Part shown: positions 1 through 10,612 of the stretch, one piece after another
Position numbering within the stretch: the stretch's first letter is position 1
Layout of the letters: every line of letters begins with the position of its first letter
Virus record (IMG/VR): IMGVR_UViG_3300007747_000008
Coordinates: 1-45,827 of that record
Length of the DNA: 45,827 nt
Reading direction: 5' to 3' (one strand)
Source: a virus
Taxonomy: Duplodnaviria > Heunggongvirae > Uroviricota > Caudoviricetes
Notes under the pieces: generated by a model
The model's database searches: none
The model's input: the letters and a program-made list of their open reading frames with translations, nothing else
What the model was told of the DNA's origin: nothing
Made by a program: the position numbers and the translations under genes

Positions 1-25
1 TATAGGTATCTGATGATTTATTGAG

Positions 26-469
26 ATGAAAAATATGCGATATACTTGCGGAATAATTTTTTATCGTGATGGTCAGATACTTATTGGTCATACTACTGGA
101 CAGGAACATTGGGATTTACCTAAAGGAAAAACTGAGGGTAATGAAACATATGAAGAAGCGGCAGTCCGTGAGTGTTATGAGGAAACTGGTTATAACATAT
201 CAACAAACGATCTAATAAAGATCGGAGATGTGGCATATAGAAAGGGAAAGAGGCTTGTATTATTTTTTTATACCGCTAAATACAAGCCAGATCCTCAAGA
301 ACTCAAATGTATAAGTACTTACACAAATAAGTACGGACAGACAAAGCCTGAATTGGACAAGTTTAAATACATTGATGTTGAAGACTGTGAATTGTATTTG
401 ACTAAACGAATGTGTAGCAGTATTGTGAAAGCTGTGAAGCAATTCCAGAATAGAAAAAGGAAGAAATAA
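26..469 (+). CDS. Nudix hydrolase (T4 NudE-like)
   Basis: Intact Nudix box GKTEGNETYEEAAVRECYEETG preceded by WDLPKG. Confidence 0.9.
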   Translation: MKNMRYTCGIIFYRDGQILIGHTTGQEHWDLPKGKTEGNETYEEAAVRECYEETGYNISTNDLIKIGDVAYRKGKRLVLFFYTAKYKPDPQELKCISTYTNKYGQTKPELDKFKYIDVEDCELYLTKRMCSSIVKAVKQFQNRKRKK

Positions 470-732
470 TGAAAGTAAAAATTTACGGGCGTTTAGTTGG
501 TTGCCCTTATTGCACCACTGCCAAACAAATTTGTGAACAAAATAAATTCGATATGGAATTTATCGATATGGAAGCAGTTGGGATGACAAAAGACGAACTA
601 TCTGAAATCGTCGGTAAACCAGTTGCAACCGTACCACAGATCTTTGTTGAAGATGAATATGTCGGTGGTTGTACTGAATTTATTAAACATCTTAAAGCAC
701 TAAGCGAGAAAAAAGATGACACAGCTAATTGA
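469..732 (+). CDS. Glutaredoxin (T4 NrdC-like)
   Basis: CPYC active site, TVPQIF and YVGG motifs; start overlaps the upstream stop (TAATG). Confidence 0.92.
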   Translation: MKVKIYGRLVGCPYCTTAKQICEQNKFDMEFIDMEAVGMTKDELSEIVGKPVATVPQIFVEDEYVGGCTEFIKHLKALSEKKDDTAN

Positions 733-961
733 TGATTTTCATGCTAAATCTAAAGCACGGGCAGAAGAATTAGCTAAGCGTTTGGGTGTGGATTTCACAC
801 CATTGGATGCCCATAGCATCGAAAATAAAGCACGTCGTCGTATGGTTGCAATGCAAAATTATCGTGAACGCAAAGAAGAGTATGATGCATTGATGGATGA
901 AGTACTAACCGTACTATCACCAGAGGAAGTTGTTGAAATCTTGAAGAATTACCAAAAATAA
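716..961 (+). CDS. Hypothetical protein
   Basis: 81-aa ORF overlapping the glutaredoxin stop, phage-like codon usage. Confidence 0.7.
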   Translation: MTQLIDDFHAKSKARAEELAKRLGVDFTPLDAHSIENKARRRMVAMQNYRERKEEYDALMDEVLTVLSPEEVVEILKNYQK

Positions 962-1011
962 ATAATATTGAAGACACAAGTCTTCATGTTAAAAAATTTG
1001 GGAGAAACACT

Positions 1012-1251
1012 ATGATTAGTTTTCGTGATAAATTAGCTAAAGGTATTCTTGAATGCCAACCTACAGTAACTGCTATTCCTAAAAAATCAGCATTCTTAGG
1101 GACTATTACAGAAGATGGGTTCTGTGATTATGATGCACCAGAAGATAATTGGTACATTGAAAAATCAACAGACAAAAGCAATCGCCTCCACAAAAGTACA
1201 ACAGCCAGAAAGCATCGCCAAGAACTAAAACGTTTACGCTTTGGTTCATAA
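1012..1251 (+). CDS. Hypothetical protein
   Basis: GGGAG SD at 1000-1004, followed by a terminator. Confidence 0.65.
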   Translation: MISFRDKLAKGILECQPTVTAIPKKSAFLGTITEDGFCDYDAPEDNWYIEKSTDKSNRLHKSTTARKHRQELKRLRFGS

Positions 1252-1257
1252 TAATAC

Positions 1258-1285
1258 AAAGGACTCAGATAATGAGTCCTTTTTT
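1258..1285 (+). terminator. Intrinsic terminator
   Basis: AAAGGACTCA-gataa-TGAGTCCTTT followed by T tract. Confidence 0.85.
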
Positions 1286-1303
1286 CATCAAAGGTAAGGT
1301 AAT

Positions 1304-1780
1304 ATGATGTACGCCAGTCGTTTTGGTAATCTTTTTGAGGAATACCACAAATATAGCCAGAGTGATGCATTACACATTATTGTGCATGGATGTAATGCAC
1401 AAGGTAGAATGGGTTCTGGATTTGCTAAGGAATTACGAGCACGTTTCCCTGATGCATATGAAGAATATAAATCAGTACATGAAAGTACTGGATTAAAACT
1501 TGGAAGTACTGTCTATTATGTCGTAAATGATAACTTGATTATTGCAAATGCAATCACTCAAGAGTATTATGGATATGATGGAGAAAAATACGTTAGCTAT
1601 GATGCTATCGATACGGTCTTTAAAGACATGAATGAGTTTATCGCTCAGATTGGGAGAGTGACACACCTCCATTTCCCACGATTGGGAGCTGAATTAGGTG
1701 GTGGACATTGGGAAGTAATTGAAGAAATTATTGACCACCGAATCACCTACGCAACAAAAAATTTATATATTTTAGAATAA
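1304..1780 (+). CDS. Macrodomain protein (ADP-ribose processing; Poa1/TARG1/DarG-like, T4 Tk.4-like)
   Basis: IIVHGCNAQGRMGSGFAKELRARFP and FPRLGAELGGGHW motifs. Confidence 0.85.
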   Translation: MMYASRFGNLFEEYHKYSQSDALHIIVHGCNAQGRMGSGFAKELRARFPDAYEEYKSVHESTGLKLGSTVYYVVNDNLIIANAITQEYYGYDGEKYVSYDAIDTVFKDMNEFIAQIGRVTHLHFPRLGAELGGGHWEVIEEIIDHRITYATKNLYILE

Positions 1781-1793
1781 AGGATTGACAAAA

Positions 1794-2117
1794 ATGACAA
1801 TGAACGTTAAACTACTAAACATCAACGGTATGGGTCCAGTACTAGCAGTTATGCAAGCACACAATGAAGAACAAATCATTGTTACAAATCCTGCAATTCT
1901 AGGGACTGACCCAAAATCTGGTGACATACAAATCAACGATTATCTAGGCGGGATCACTGATTTAGAACAAGAAGTTGTATTCATGAAATACAATATTATT
2001 TCAATCAGTACCCCAGAAGCAGGACTAGCATCAGCTTATACCGCAGCACTAGATGAAATGGCTAAACCAAAATCTGAAATCTTCGTACCTGACAATAAGA
2101 TTGTCATTGCAAAATAA
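1794..2117 (+). CDS. Hypothetical protein (possible Sm/SH3-like beta barrel)
   Basis: AGGA SD at 1781 favours ATG 1794 over TTG 1785; beta-rich pattern with a C-terminal helix; fold is a guess. Confidence 0.65.
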   Translation: MTMNVKLLNINGMGPVLAVMQAHNEEQIIVTNPAILGTDPKSGDIQINDYLGGITDLEQEVVFMKYNIISISTPEAGLASAYTAALDEMAKPKSEIFVPDNKIVIAK

Positions 2118-2127
2118 GAGGTAATAA

Positions 2128-2505
2128 ATGAACCAACCTACTAAACGTGTATATCAAGCAGTTGTAATTCTAAAAGGCACACCTGAATCGGTGGTAGCAA
2201 AAGAAGTTGCCCTAGGGACTCAAGTACTAATTGGTCAATATACTCCCGGCAAAGCATCGTTTGTTGGTAAATTCGAAGCTAAGCAATTCACTGAAACTCA
2301 CGATCTATGGGTTAAAGAGAATGAAGGTCTAATTCGCGTATTCTATGCTGATGATCGCTTAGAACTAAATGATATTGAATACAAAGCATGTAGCCTTGAA
2401 ACTGTACCAGCAAGTGGGTATGGTGGAAATGAAAGCGTATTAGTACTTGGTCCATTTGACGGTGAACGTTTAGATTTCCATCTACAAAACTGCACCGAAG
2501 CATAA
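2128..2505 (+). CDS. Divergent peptidyl-tRNA hydrolase 2 (Pth2)-like protein
   Basis: GAGG SD; QAVVI, W..E..IRVFYADDRLELNDIEYKA and SVLVLGPFDGERLD follow the Pth2 layout; DAGxT motif absent. ORF is solid, function tentative. Confidence 0.4.
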   Translation: MNQPTKRVYQAVVILKGTPESVVAKEVALGTQVLIGQYTPGKASFVGKFEAKQFTETHDLWVKENEGLIRVFYADDRLELNDIEYKACSLETVPASGYGGNESVLVLGPFDGERLDFHLQNCTEA

Positions 2506-2519
2506 TAAGTTTGTACCCC

Positions 2520-2527
2520 TATAAATA
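2520..2527 (+). promoter_or_regulatory. T4-type late promoter TATAAATA
   Basis: Exact T4 gp55 consensus, 31 nt upstream of the neck gene ATG. Confidence 0.8.
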
Positions 2528-2558
2528 TTGTAGATAATACAAATATAGGGGTACTTTT

Positions 2559-3347
2559 ATGTCTTACGATTATCAAGGCGGTGATCCTGATTCACCACAA
2601 TTTGACCACCGAGAAAAACTCAAAGATAAAATCACACAAATGTTAGGTGCTGGTGCAGTGGAAGTTGAAATCACTGACGGGCAGCTAGAAATTGCGATTG
2701 ATAATGCTGTTGATAATTATCGTGCTTGGTCAAGTGCTTCTAAAGAAGAAGCATTCCTACATATGAAACTATACCCTTCCGAGTCAGTATACGTACTACC
2801 TACTGAAGTTGAAATCGTTCGAAGAATCTATCGCCGTGGTAATGGCGTTGTATCCGGCGAAGGTTCAACCGTTGACCCATTCTCTTTAGCATATAGTAAT
2901 ACCTACTTACTAAGTGCGGTTCGTGGAGCAACTGGTGGTGGTCTTTTAACATATGATTTATACCATCAGTTTGATGAAACTGTAGCAAGAATGTTTGGTC
3001 GCGAAATTATATTCCAATGGAACTCAGTCAATAAGAAACTAATTATTGATCGTGATATTCGCGGTACTGAAGAAGTACTTCTACATGTATTCCAAAATGT
3101 CCCAGAGCCAATGTTATTTCAACAACAGATGTCATATCCTTGGATTCGTGACTGGACACTAGCTGAAGCTAAAATCATGTTAGGTACTAACCGTTCTAAG
3201 TTTGCAACACTTCCGGGTCCACAAGGTACATTCTCAATGGATGGGGAAACCTTACGCCAAGAAGGTTTTGCATTACAAGAAAAATTAGAACAACAACTCC
3301 GAAACTATAAAGATGGTAGTATGCCATTAGGTTTCATTATTGGATAA
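2559..3347 (+). CDS. gp13: Neck protein (T4 gp13-like)
   Basis: LGAGAVEVEITDGQLEIAID, WIRDWTLAEAKIMLG..RSKF..LPGPQG..MDGE and C-terminal PLGFIIG are typical of the gp13 family. Confidence 0.85.
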   Translation: MSYDYQGGDPDSPQFDHREKLKDKITQMLGAGAVEVEITDGQLEIAIDNAVDNYRAWSSASKEEAFLHMKLYPSESVYVLPTEVEIVRRIYRRGNGVVSGEGSTVDPFSLAYSNTYLLSAVRGATGGGLLTYDLYHQFDETVARMFGREIIFQWNSVNKKLIIDRDIRGTEEVLLHVFQNVPEPMLFQQQMSYPWIRDWTLAEAKIMLGTNRSKFATLPGPQGTFSMDGETLRQEGFALQEKLEQQLRNYKDGSMPLGFIIG

Positions 3348-3358
3348 TAAACTCAATC

Positions 3359-3388
3359 AGGAAGTGCAATTATGCACTTCCTTTTTTT
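3359..3388 (+). terminator. Intrinsic terminator
   Basis: AGGAAGTGCA-atta-TGCACTTCCT followed by T tract. Confidence 0.88.
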
Positions 3389-3399
3389 ATAGGTATTAC

Positions 3400-4050
3400 A
3401 TGGAACGAAATATCATAGCAATAAACGGAACCATTGGTTCAGGTAAAGATACATTCAGTACTGAATTCATTGAAGCAGGTTACACCAGAATGTCATTTGC
3501 AACAACACTAAAGGATGCTGTATCTGTAATCTTTGGGTGGGATCGAATTATGTTAGAAGGTCACACAGAAGAAGCCCGTAAAATTAGAGAAACCAAAGAT
3601 GAGTACTGGAGTTATAAACTAAAGCGGGATATAACACCACGATGGGTACTTCAACATTTGGGTACTGATGTACTAAGAAAACATTTCGATGATAATATAT
3701 GGGTTTATGCATTGGAAAATAAAATGAGAAGTATTGAAGGTAATATTATTGTAACCGACTGTCGTTTTCCAAATGAATTAAAGATGTTACGTGAGTATAA
3801 TACTACTGTGATTGAAATTAGAAGAAACCAACCTGATTGGTATGTTGATGCAGTAACATATAATATTAGAAAAACCGAAATGCCTGAATCATTAAAAAAC
3901 ATCCATTCATCTGAATGGGCATGGATTGGGATTAATAATCCAGACTATGTTGTCGAAAATGACGGGACTATTGAATCTCTTTTAAATAAAGCCAGAATAG
4001 TACGTCACGGAATTGAAGACACACCCTCTGTATATAAGATTAAAAAGTAG
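3400..4050 (+). CDS. gp1: Deoxynucleoside monophosphate kinase (T4 gp1-like)
   Basis: P-loop GTIGSGKDT, SFA..LK, TPRWVLQHLGTDVLR, VTDCRFPNE, HSSE. Start moved to ATG 3400 because the 3340 extension runs through a terminator. Confidence 0.9.
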   Translation: MERNIIAINGTIGSGKDTFSTEFIEAGYTRMSFATTLKDAVSVIFGWDRIMLEGHTEEARKIRETKDEYWSYKLKRDITPRWVLQHLGTDVLRKHFDDNIWVYALENKMRSIEGNIIVTDCRFPNELKMLREYNTTVIEIRRNQPDWYVDAVTYNIRKTEMPESLKNIHSSEWAWIGINNPDYVVENDGTIESLLNKARIVRHGIEDTPSVYKIKK

Positions 4051-4079
4051 TACTTTCTATACATAACTTTATCTCCTCC

Positions 4080-4087
4080 TATAAATA
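4080..4087 (+). promoter_or_regulatory. T4-type late promoter TATAAATA
   Basis: Exact consensus upstream of the tail sheath gene (SD GGAGG 4122-4126). Confidence 0.82.
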
Positions 4088-4133
4088 ATGGTATAACGAA
4101 TATTCGAAACCAATAATTTTTGGAGGATTTTAA

Positions 4134-6788
4134 ATGGCTGATTTATTATCACCCGGTGTAAGTGTAACCGTCACCGACGAATCGATTTCTGCAACTGCCG
4201 CACCCGGCACTGTACCTCTTTTCGTAATCGCTACTGCTCAAGACAAACTAGTTCCCGGTAGTTCTACCGTCGCTGCTGGTACTCTTAAAGCAAATGCGGG
4301 TAAGTTACAACTTATTACATCACAAAAAAACACACTAGATACATATGGTTCCCCAGTGTTCCAAACCAATCTAGGTTCTGTAGTACAAGGTGATGAGCTA
4401 AACGAATATGGACTTCATGGTCTATATAGTTACATGGGAATTGCAAACCGTGCGTACGTTGTACGTGCTGACCTAGACCTTGCTCAATTATCACCATCTG
4501 GTACGGCTCCAACTGGCGATGTACCTAACGGTACTCTATGGTTTGATACAGTATCTTCACAAGTTGAAGCATATGTAGCTAACGTAGCCAACCCAACAAG
4601 TTTCTATGACTGGACTTTAAAACCAGTTACAATTGTAAGTGCTGAACTAGTAACGGACGTAAGCACTGTAGGTCTAAACGTTGATGATCTATTAATCCGT
4701 CATATTCCAAGTACTGGTCAAATGTTGGTATATAAATTTGAAAGTTCTGGTCTAGTACAGGTAGAAACATATCTATCACCAATTAACAAAGTTCCAACCG
4801 GTACTGCAATTCACTCAGGTGATGTATGGATTCGTGATGGTTATGTTAAGAACGGTTCTAACTACTTCGGTACTCGATTCGTTGTTAAGCGTTTCGCTTC
4901 ATTGACTAAAGTATGGACTAATGTTGAAACCTATACCGGTAATAGTTTCTATGATATCGAAGCAAAAACTGGTGTATCTAGTAATTCTTATATTGCTGCA
5001 CTATTTGATAAAGATAGTTATAGTTTCACACTATATACCAAATCTGGTAATATTGCTACTGCTACTGCCCCTGCTACACCATTGGGTCAAGTTGGACTAG
5101 ATGTTGCACAAGCTGACTGCTACTTAACTATTAGTTATCTAAATAAATCAGTAACTGTACTAGCGGTTGCAACTGGTCAGATTAAAAACTCTGCAACTAT
5201 TGTTGCTAAATTAAATCAAACTCCGGCATTAATCAACGATGGTTTCAACTTCTCGGTTCAGAATAGTGGTGTGGTGTTTACTAACCGTCTAGGTTATAGT
5301 ATTAAAACCACTCAGAGTGGTGAAGCATTATTTGACGCAGCTAACATTGCAAAATTAACAGTTGATAGTAACAACTATTCAATTCTAAATCCTAATAATC
5401 TAAAAGTTTCTTCAGATGAACCACGTTCAACTGCTGCTAACGGAACTTATTGGTACAACTTTAGTAACTCTGATAACTTAACTGTTACTCTATATGTTGC
5501 TAATTTAAGTACTGAAAGCTGGGATCTAGTAACATCTTCTAATATGTATCTACAAGTTGATGAACCTGCTGCTGATCGTGATTTTTGGATTCTCCCACTA
5601 TCACAGGGTATTGATGGTTATCAATTCTACCGCAATGTACGTGGTACATGGACTAAACTTGACACTAGTGATCAAAGTACTTTAAATGGTATGATTTTTG
5701 AAGATTTCAATGGTTCTGTCCCAAGTGCTAATCTATACCAAAATGGTATGCTTGCAGTAGACTTAGGTAATACCGAAGGTGTTGTTAAGCAAATGGTTAA
5801 TGGTTCTTGGCAGGTTGTTAGTGGTGTTGCTATTGATGGTTCTGCACTATTTGGTCGTTTCGCACAGCGTCAGATCATTGTTCAAGCACTAGCTGCTGTA
5901 ATCGTTGGAAATGAAGCAATTCGTTCCGAGTATATTGATTTTAACCTAATGTGTTCACCGGGTTATGTGGAATTGCTTGATGAATTTGTAACATTAAACA
6001 CTGACCGTAAAGAAACTGCTTTCATCGTAACCGATGTTCCAGCACGTCTAACGCCAAGTGCAACTGCAATTCAAGAATGGGCAACTAACGCAAACAATGC
6101 ACCAAGTAATGGTGATGTTGGTCGTACAACTGCATATGCATATGCTGCACAGTATATGGGTTGGTGCTTAAGTACTAACGTTGATGGTTCTGAAGTTGCT
6201 GTTCCGGGTAGTACTATTGCGATGCGTACTTATGCTTACAGTGATAGCGTAAGTTATGTTTGGTTCCCACCTGCTGGTACTCAGCGTGGTGTTGTAAGTA
6301 ATGCTGCATCTGTGGGTTACATTACTGATGAAGGTGAATATTCTCCAGTAGTATATAATCTTGGTCAACGTGATACAATGTATGTTAACAACATCAACCC
6401 AATTGCAATGCGTCCTAACCGTGGCCTATTAGTATTCGGTGATAAAACTCTAGCACCAGATGCTGGAAGTGCTCTAAGTCGTGTAAACGTAGCTCGTTTA
6501 GTAGTTTATATTCGTCGCCAACTAGAAATTCTAGCTGATCCGTTCTTGTTCCGTTTGAACACTGCAAGTACTCGTCAGGAATTCACTGGGGTAGTTAATA
6601 GCTTCCTATCTGAAATTCTACAACTAAATGGTCTATATGACTTCTTGGTTGTGTGTGATGAATCAAACAACACCTCAACTCGTATCGATAGAAACGAATT
6701 GTGGATGGACATTGCAATTCAACCAGTTCGTAGTATTAACTTTATCTACATTCCAATTCGTATTGAGAAAACTGCTTCAACTTCTTAA
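4134..6788 (+). CDS. gp18: Tail sheath protein (T4 gp18-like) with inserted domains
   Basis: N-terminal LLSPGVSVTVTDES; C-terminal WFPPAGTQRG, INPI, FGDKT, RVNVARL, FLVVCDESNNT, IQPVRSINFIYI. Confidence 0.95.
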   Translation: MADLLSPGVSVTVTDESISATAAPGTVPLFVIATAQDKLVPGSSTVAAGTLKANAGKLQLITSQKNTLDTYGSPVFQTNLGSVVQGDELNEYGLHGLYSYMGIANRAYVVRADLDLAQLSPSGTAPTGDVPNGTLWFDTVSSQVEAYVANVANPTSFYDWTLKPVTIVSAELVTDVSTVGLNVDDLLIRHIPSTGQMLVYKFESSGLVQVETYLSPINKVPTGTAIHSGDVWIRDGYVKNGSNYFGTRFVVKRFASLTKVWTNVETYTGNSFYDIEAKTGVSSNSYIAALFDKDSYSFTLYTKSGNIATATAPATPLGQVGLDVAQADCYLTISYLNKSVTVLAVATGQIKNSATIVAKLNQTPALINDGFNFSVQNSGVVFTNRLGYSIKTTQSGEALFDAANIAKLTVDSNNYSILNPNNLKVSSDEPRSTAANGTYWYNFSNSDNLTVTLYVANLSTESWDLVTSSNMYLQVDEPAADRDFWILPLSQGIDGYQFYRNVRGTWTKLDTSDQSTLNGMIFEDFNGSVPSANLYQNGMLAVDLGNTEGVVKQMVNGSWQVVSGVAIDGSALFGRFAQRQIIVQALAAVIVGNEAIRSEYIDFNLMCSPGYVELLDEFVTLNTDRKETAFIVTDVPARLTPSATAIQEWATNANNAPSNGDVGRTTAYAYAAQYMGWCLSTNVDGSEVAVPGSTIAMRTYAYSDSVSYVWFPPAGTQRGVVSNAASVGYITDEGEYSPVVYNLGQRDTMYVNNINPIAMRPNRGLLVFGDKTLAPDAGSALSRVNVARLVVYIRRQLEILADPFLFRLNTASTRQEFTGVVNSFLSEILQLNGLYDFLVVCDESNNTSTRIDRNELWMDIAIQPVRSINFIYIPIRIEKTASTS

Positions 6789-6794
6789 TACACC

Positions 6795-6824
6795 AAAGGG
6801 GCTTATATAGCCCCTTTATTTTTT
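6795..6824 (+). terminator. Intrinsic terminator
   Basis: AAAGGGGCT-tatat-AGCCCCTTT followed by ATTTTTT. Confidence 0.88.
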
Positions 6825-6850
6825 GTAACCTCAACCTTGGAAAGTATTAT

Positions 6851-6858
6851 AATAAATA
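6851..6858 (+). promoter_or_regulatory. Late promoter variant AATAAATA
   Basis: TAAATA core between the terminator and the tube gene SD. Confidence 0.6.
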
Positions 6859-6893
6859 TATTAAAGATATAATTCCAATTTTGGGAGAACAAT

Positions 6894-7580
6894 ATGGCAA
6901 ATATGTTGGATAAATATGGTGTACCACTTGCTGGTGGCGGTCGTATTGCGATGAAACAGCCAAAGGCGAAATATAAATTTCGTGTAATCTTCTTCGGCTT
7001 CGGCTCGGGTGAAGATGGTGATTTTATTACAATCGATACAAATACCGCTGGAGCACCGCACATACAGCACGAACCAGTAACTGTACACAGTTATAACAGT
7101 AGTGCACATTACAAAGGCAAATATACTTTGAATGAGATCGAAATAGCTTTCCGTGACTCTGTGGGAAACTCATCTTTAAAAGCAATTTATAACCAAATGC
7201 GTAAAGAATTTAACTACTTCTCACAAGAATCTCGTATTGCTGACTCACAATTCAAATTTGAAATGTGGATCCAGACTCTTGACGGTTCTAACAGTGAAGT
7301 AACTACTAACCTTTTCCAAGGCACTCAATCTACTTGGGTATGTCAAGGTTGCTTTATCGCTGATACTAACTTTGGTGAATGGGACTACACAAGTTCTGAA
7401 CCACAAGTTATTACTGCATCAATTCAACCAGATGCTGTAGCACTTCTTGGTCCAAATGGTCTACCTATGGGTGATGAAGTTACTGGTAACGGTACTCCTG
7501 CTAACGCAAGTAGTATTACAACTGGTCAAACTACCATTAGCAGTACTGCTCTAACTGATTCTAACTTCTTTAATCAGTAA
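6894..7580 (+). CDS. gp19: Tail tube protein (T4 gp19-like) 1
   Basis: Follows sheath; PKAKYKFRV, GK....IEIAFRD, WVCQGCF...FGEWDYTSSE tube-family pattern. Confidence 0.8.
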   Translation: MANMLDKYGVPLAGGGRIAMKQPKAKYKFRVIFFGFGSGEDGDFITIDTNTAGAPHIQHEPVTVHSYNSSAHYKGKYTLNEIEIAFRDSVGNSSLKAIYNQMRKEFNYFSQESRIADSQFKFEMWIQTLDGSNSEVTTNLFQGTQSTWVCQGCFIADTNFGEWDYTSSEPQVITASIQPDAVALLGPNGLPMGDEVTGNGTPANASSITTGQTTISSTALTDSNFFNQ

Positions 7581-7593
7581 TACATATAACACT

Positions 7594-7621
7594 AGCCCTA
7601 GACTTGTCTGGGGCTTTTTTT
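7594..7621 (+). terminator. Intrinsic terminator
   Basis: AGCCCTAGA-cttg-TCTGGGGCT followed by T tract. Confidence 0.82.
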
Positions 7622-7625
7622 ATGC

Positions 7626-7631
7626 TAAATA
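7626..7631 (+). promoter_or_regulatory. Late promoter core TAAATA
   Basis: Directly after the terminator, about 40 nt upstream of ATG 7670. Confidence 0.5.
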
Positions 7632-7669
7632 ATGTATGATCCAAAATATTAAATAGGGGTTAACTTTAT

Positions 7670-8443
7670 ATGGCAAATATGCTAAACAAATATGGTGTAC
7701 CACTGCCTAGTGGTAGAAATAGAACCATGCTTCAGCCAAAAGCAAAGTACAAATTCAGAGTAATAGTCTATAACTTCGGTACTGATATCGATGAACGTGA
7801 CCATATTGCTCTAGATGTTGATCAGGTAGATCGCCCGAGTTTAACATTCGGTACTCAAAAGATTCAAATGTTCACAACTAACACAACTTATGTAACAACT
7901 CATGATTGGAACCCAATAGTACTGACAATCCGGGATTCAGTCGGTAATGAGTCTGCAAAAGCAGTCTCACGCCAGCTTCAAAAACAACTAGATTTTGCTA
8001 GACGTATCACTGATAGAACCCAACAAGACTATTCTGGGTATAAATTCGGTGTAATTATACAAATGCTCAATGGTAGAAATTCAGAGGATAGTATAACTAA
8101 CTTGGGAAGAGATACATTAACCGATGTAGCAACAGCTTTAACTAATAATGCGGGTTTAACAAATGCAATTGATGAATTCATTGGTGGTTCATCATATAAT
8201 AGTGCAGGCGTAATGGAATATTTTGTATGTGTGGGTTGTGTAATACAAGACATTAATTACGATTCATTAGATTATAGTTCATCATCCCCTGTCACAATGA
8301 AAATAACAATTAAACCAGATAACGTAGTACAATATGATACTATTGAAGAAATGTATAGTACTAGAATTAACTCACTACTACCTGATGATGTTAACAAAGG
8401 TTTAGATATTATCGACCGGGTATTCGGTTCAGCAGGTATATAA
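7670..8443 (+). CDS. Tail tube protein paralogue 2
   Basis: N-terminus nearly identical to the upstream gene (MANML.KYGVPL, QPKAKYKFRVI, RDSVGN, GC...I.Y..LDYSSS). Confidence 0.8.
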   Translation: MANMLNKYGVPLPSGRNRTMLQPKAKYKFRVIVYNFGTDIDERDHIALDVDQVDRPSLTFGTQKIQMFTTNTTYVTTHDWNPIVLTIRDSVGNESAKAVSRQLQKQLDFARRITDRTQQDYSGYKFGVIIQMLNGRNSEDSITNLGRDTLTDVATALTNNAGLTNAIDEFIGGSSYNSAGVMEYFVCVGCVIQDINYDSLDYSSSSPVTMKITIKPDNVVQYDTIEEMYSTRINSLLPDDVNKGLDIIDRVFGSAGI

Positions 8444-8452
8444 GGAGATATA

Positions 8453-10585
<2,133 letters not shown>

Positions 10586-10612
10586 ATTAAACTACTGTGA
10601 CACGGAGTTAAT

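Noticed and set aside
3340-3399. N-terminal extension of the dNMP kinase from the ORF track
   Set aside because: It runs through a strong terminator; the family motif starts just after Met 3400.
6803-7109. Two short minus-strand ORFs
   Set aside because: Antisense to the tube gene and its regulatory region; no coding signals.
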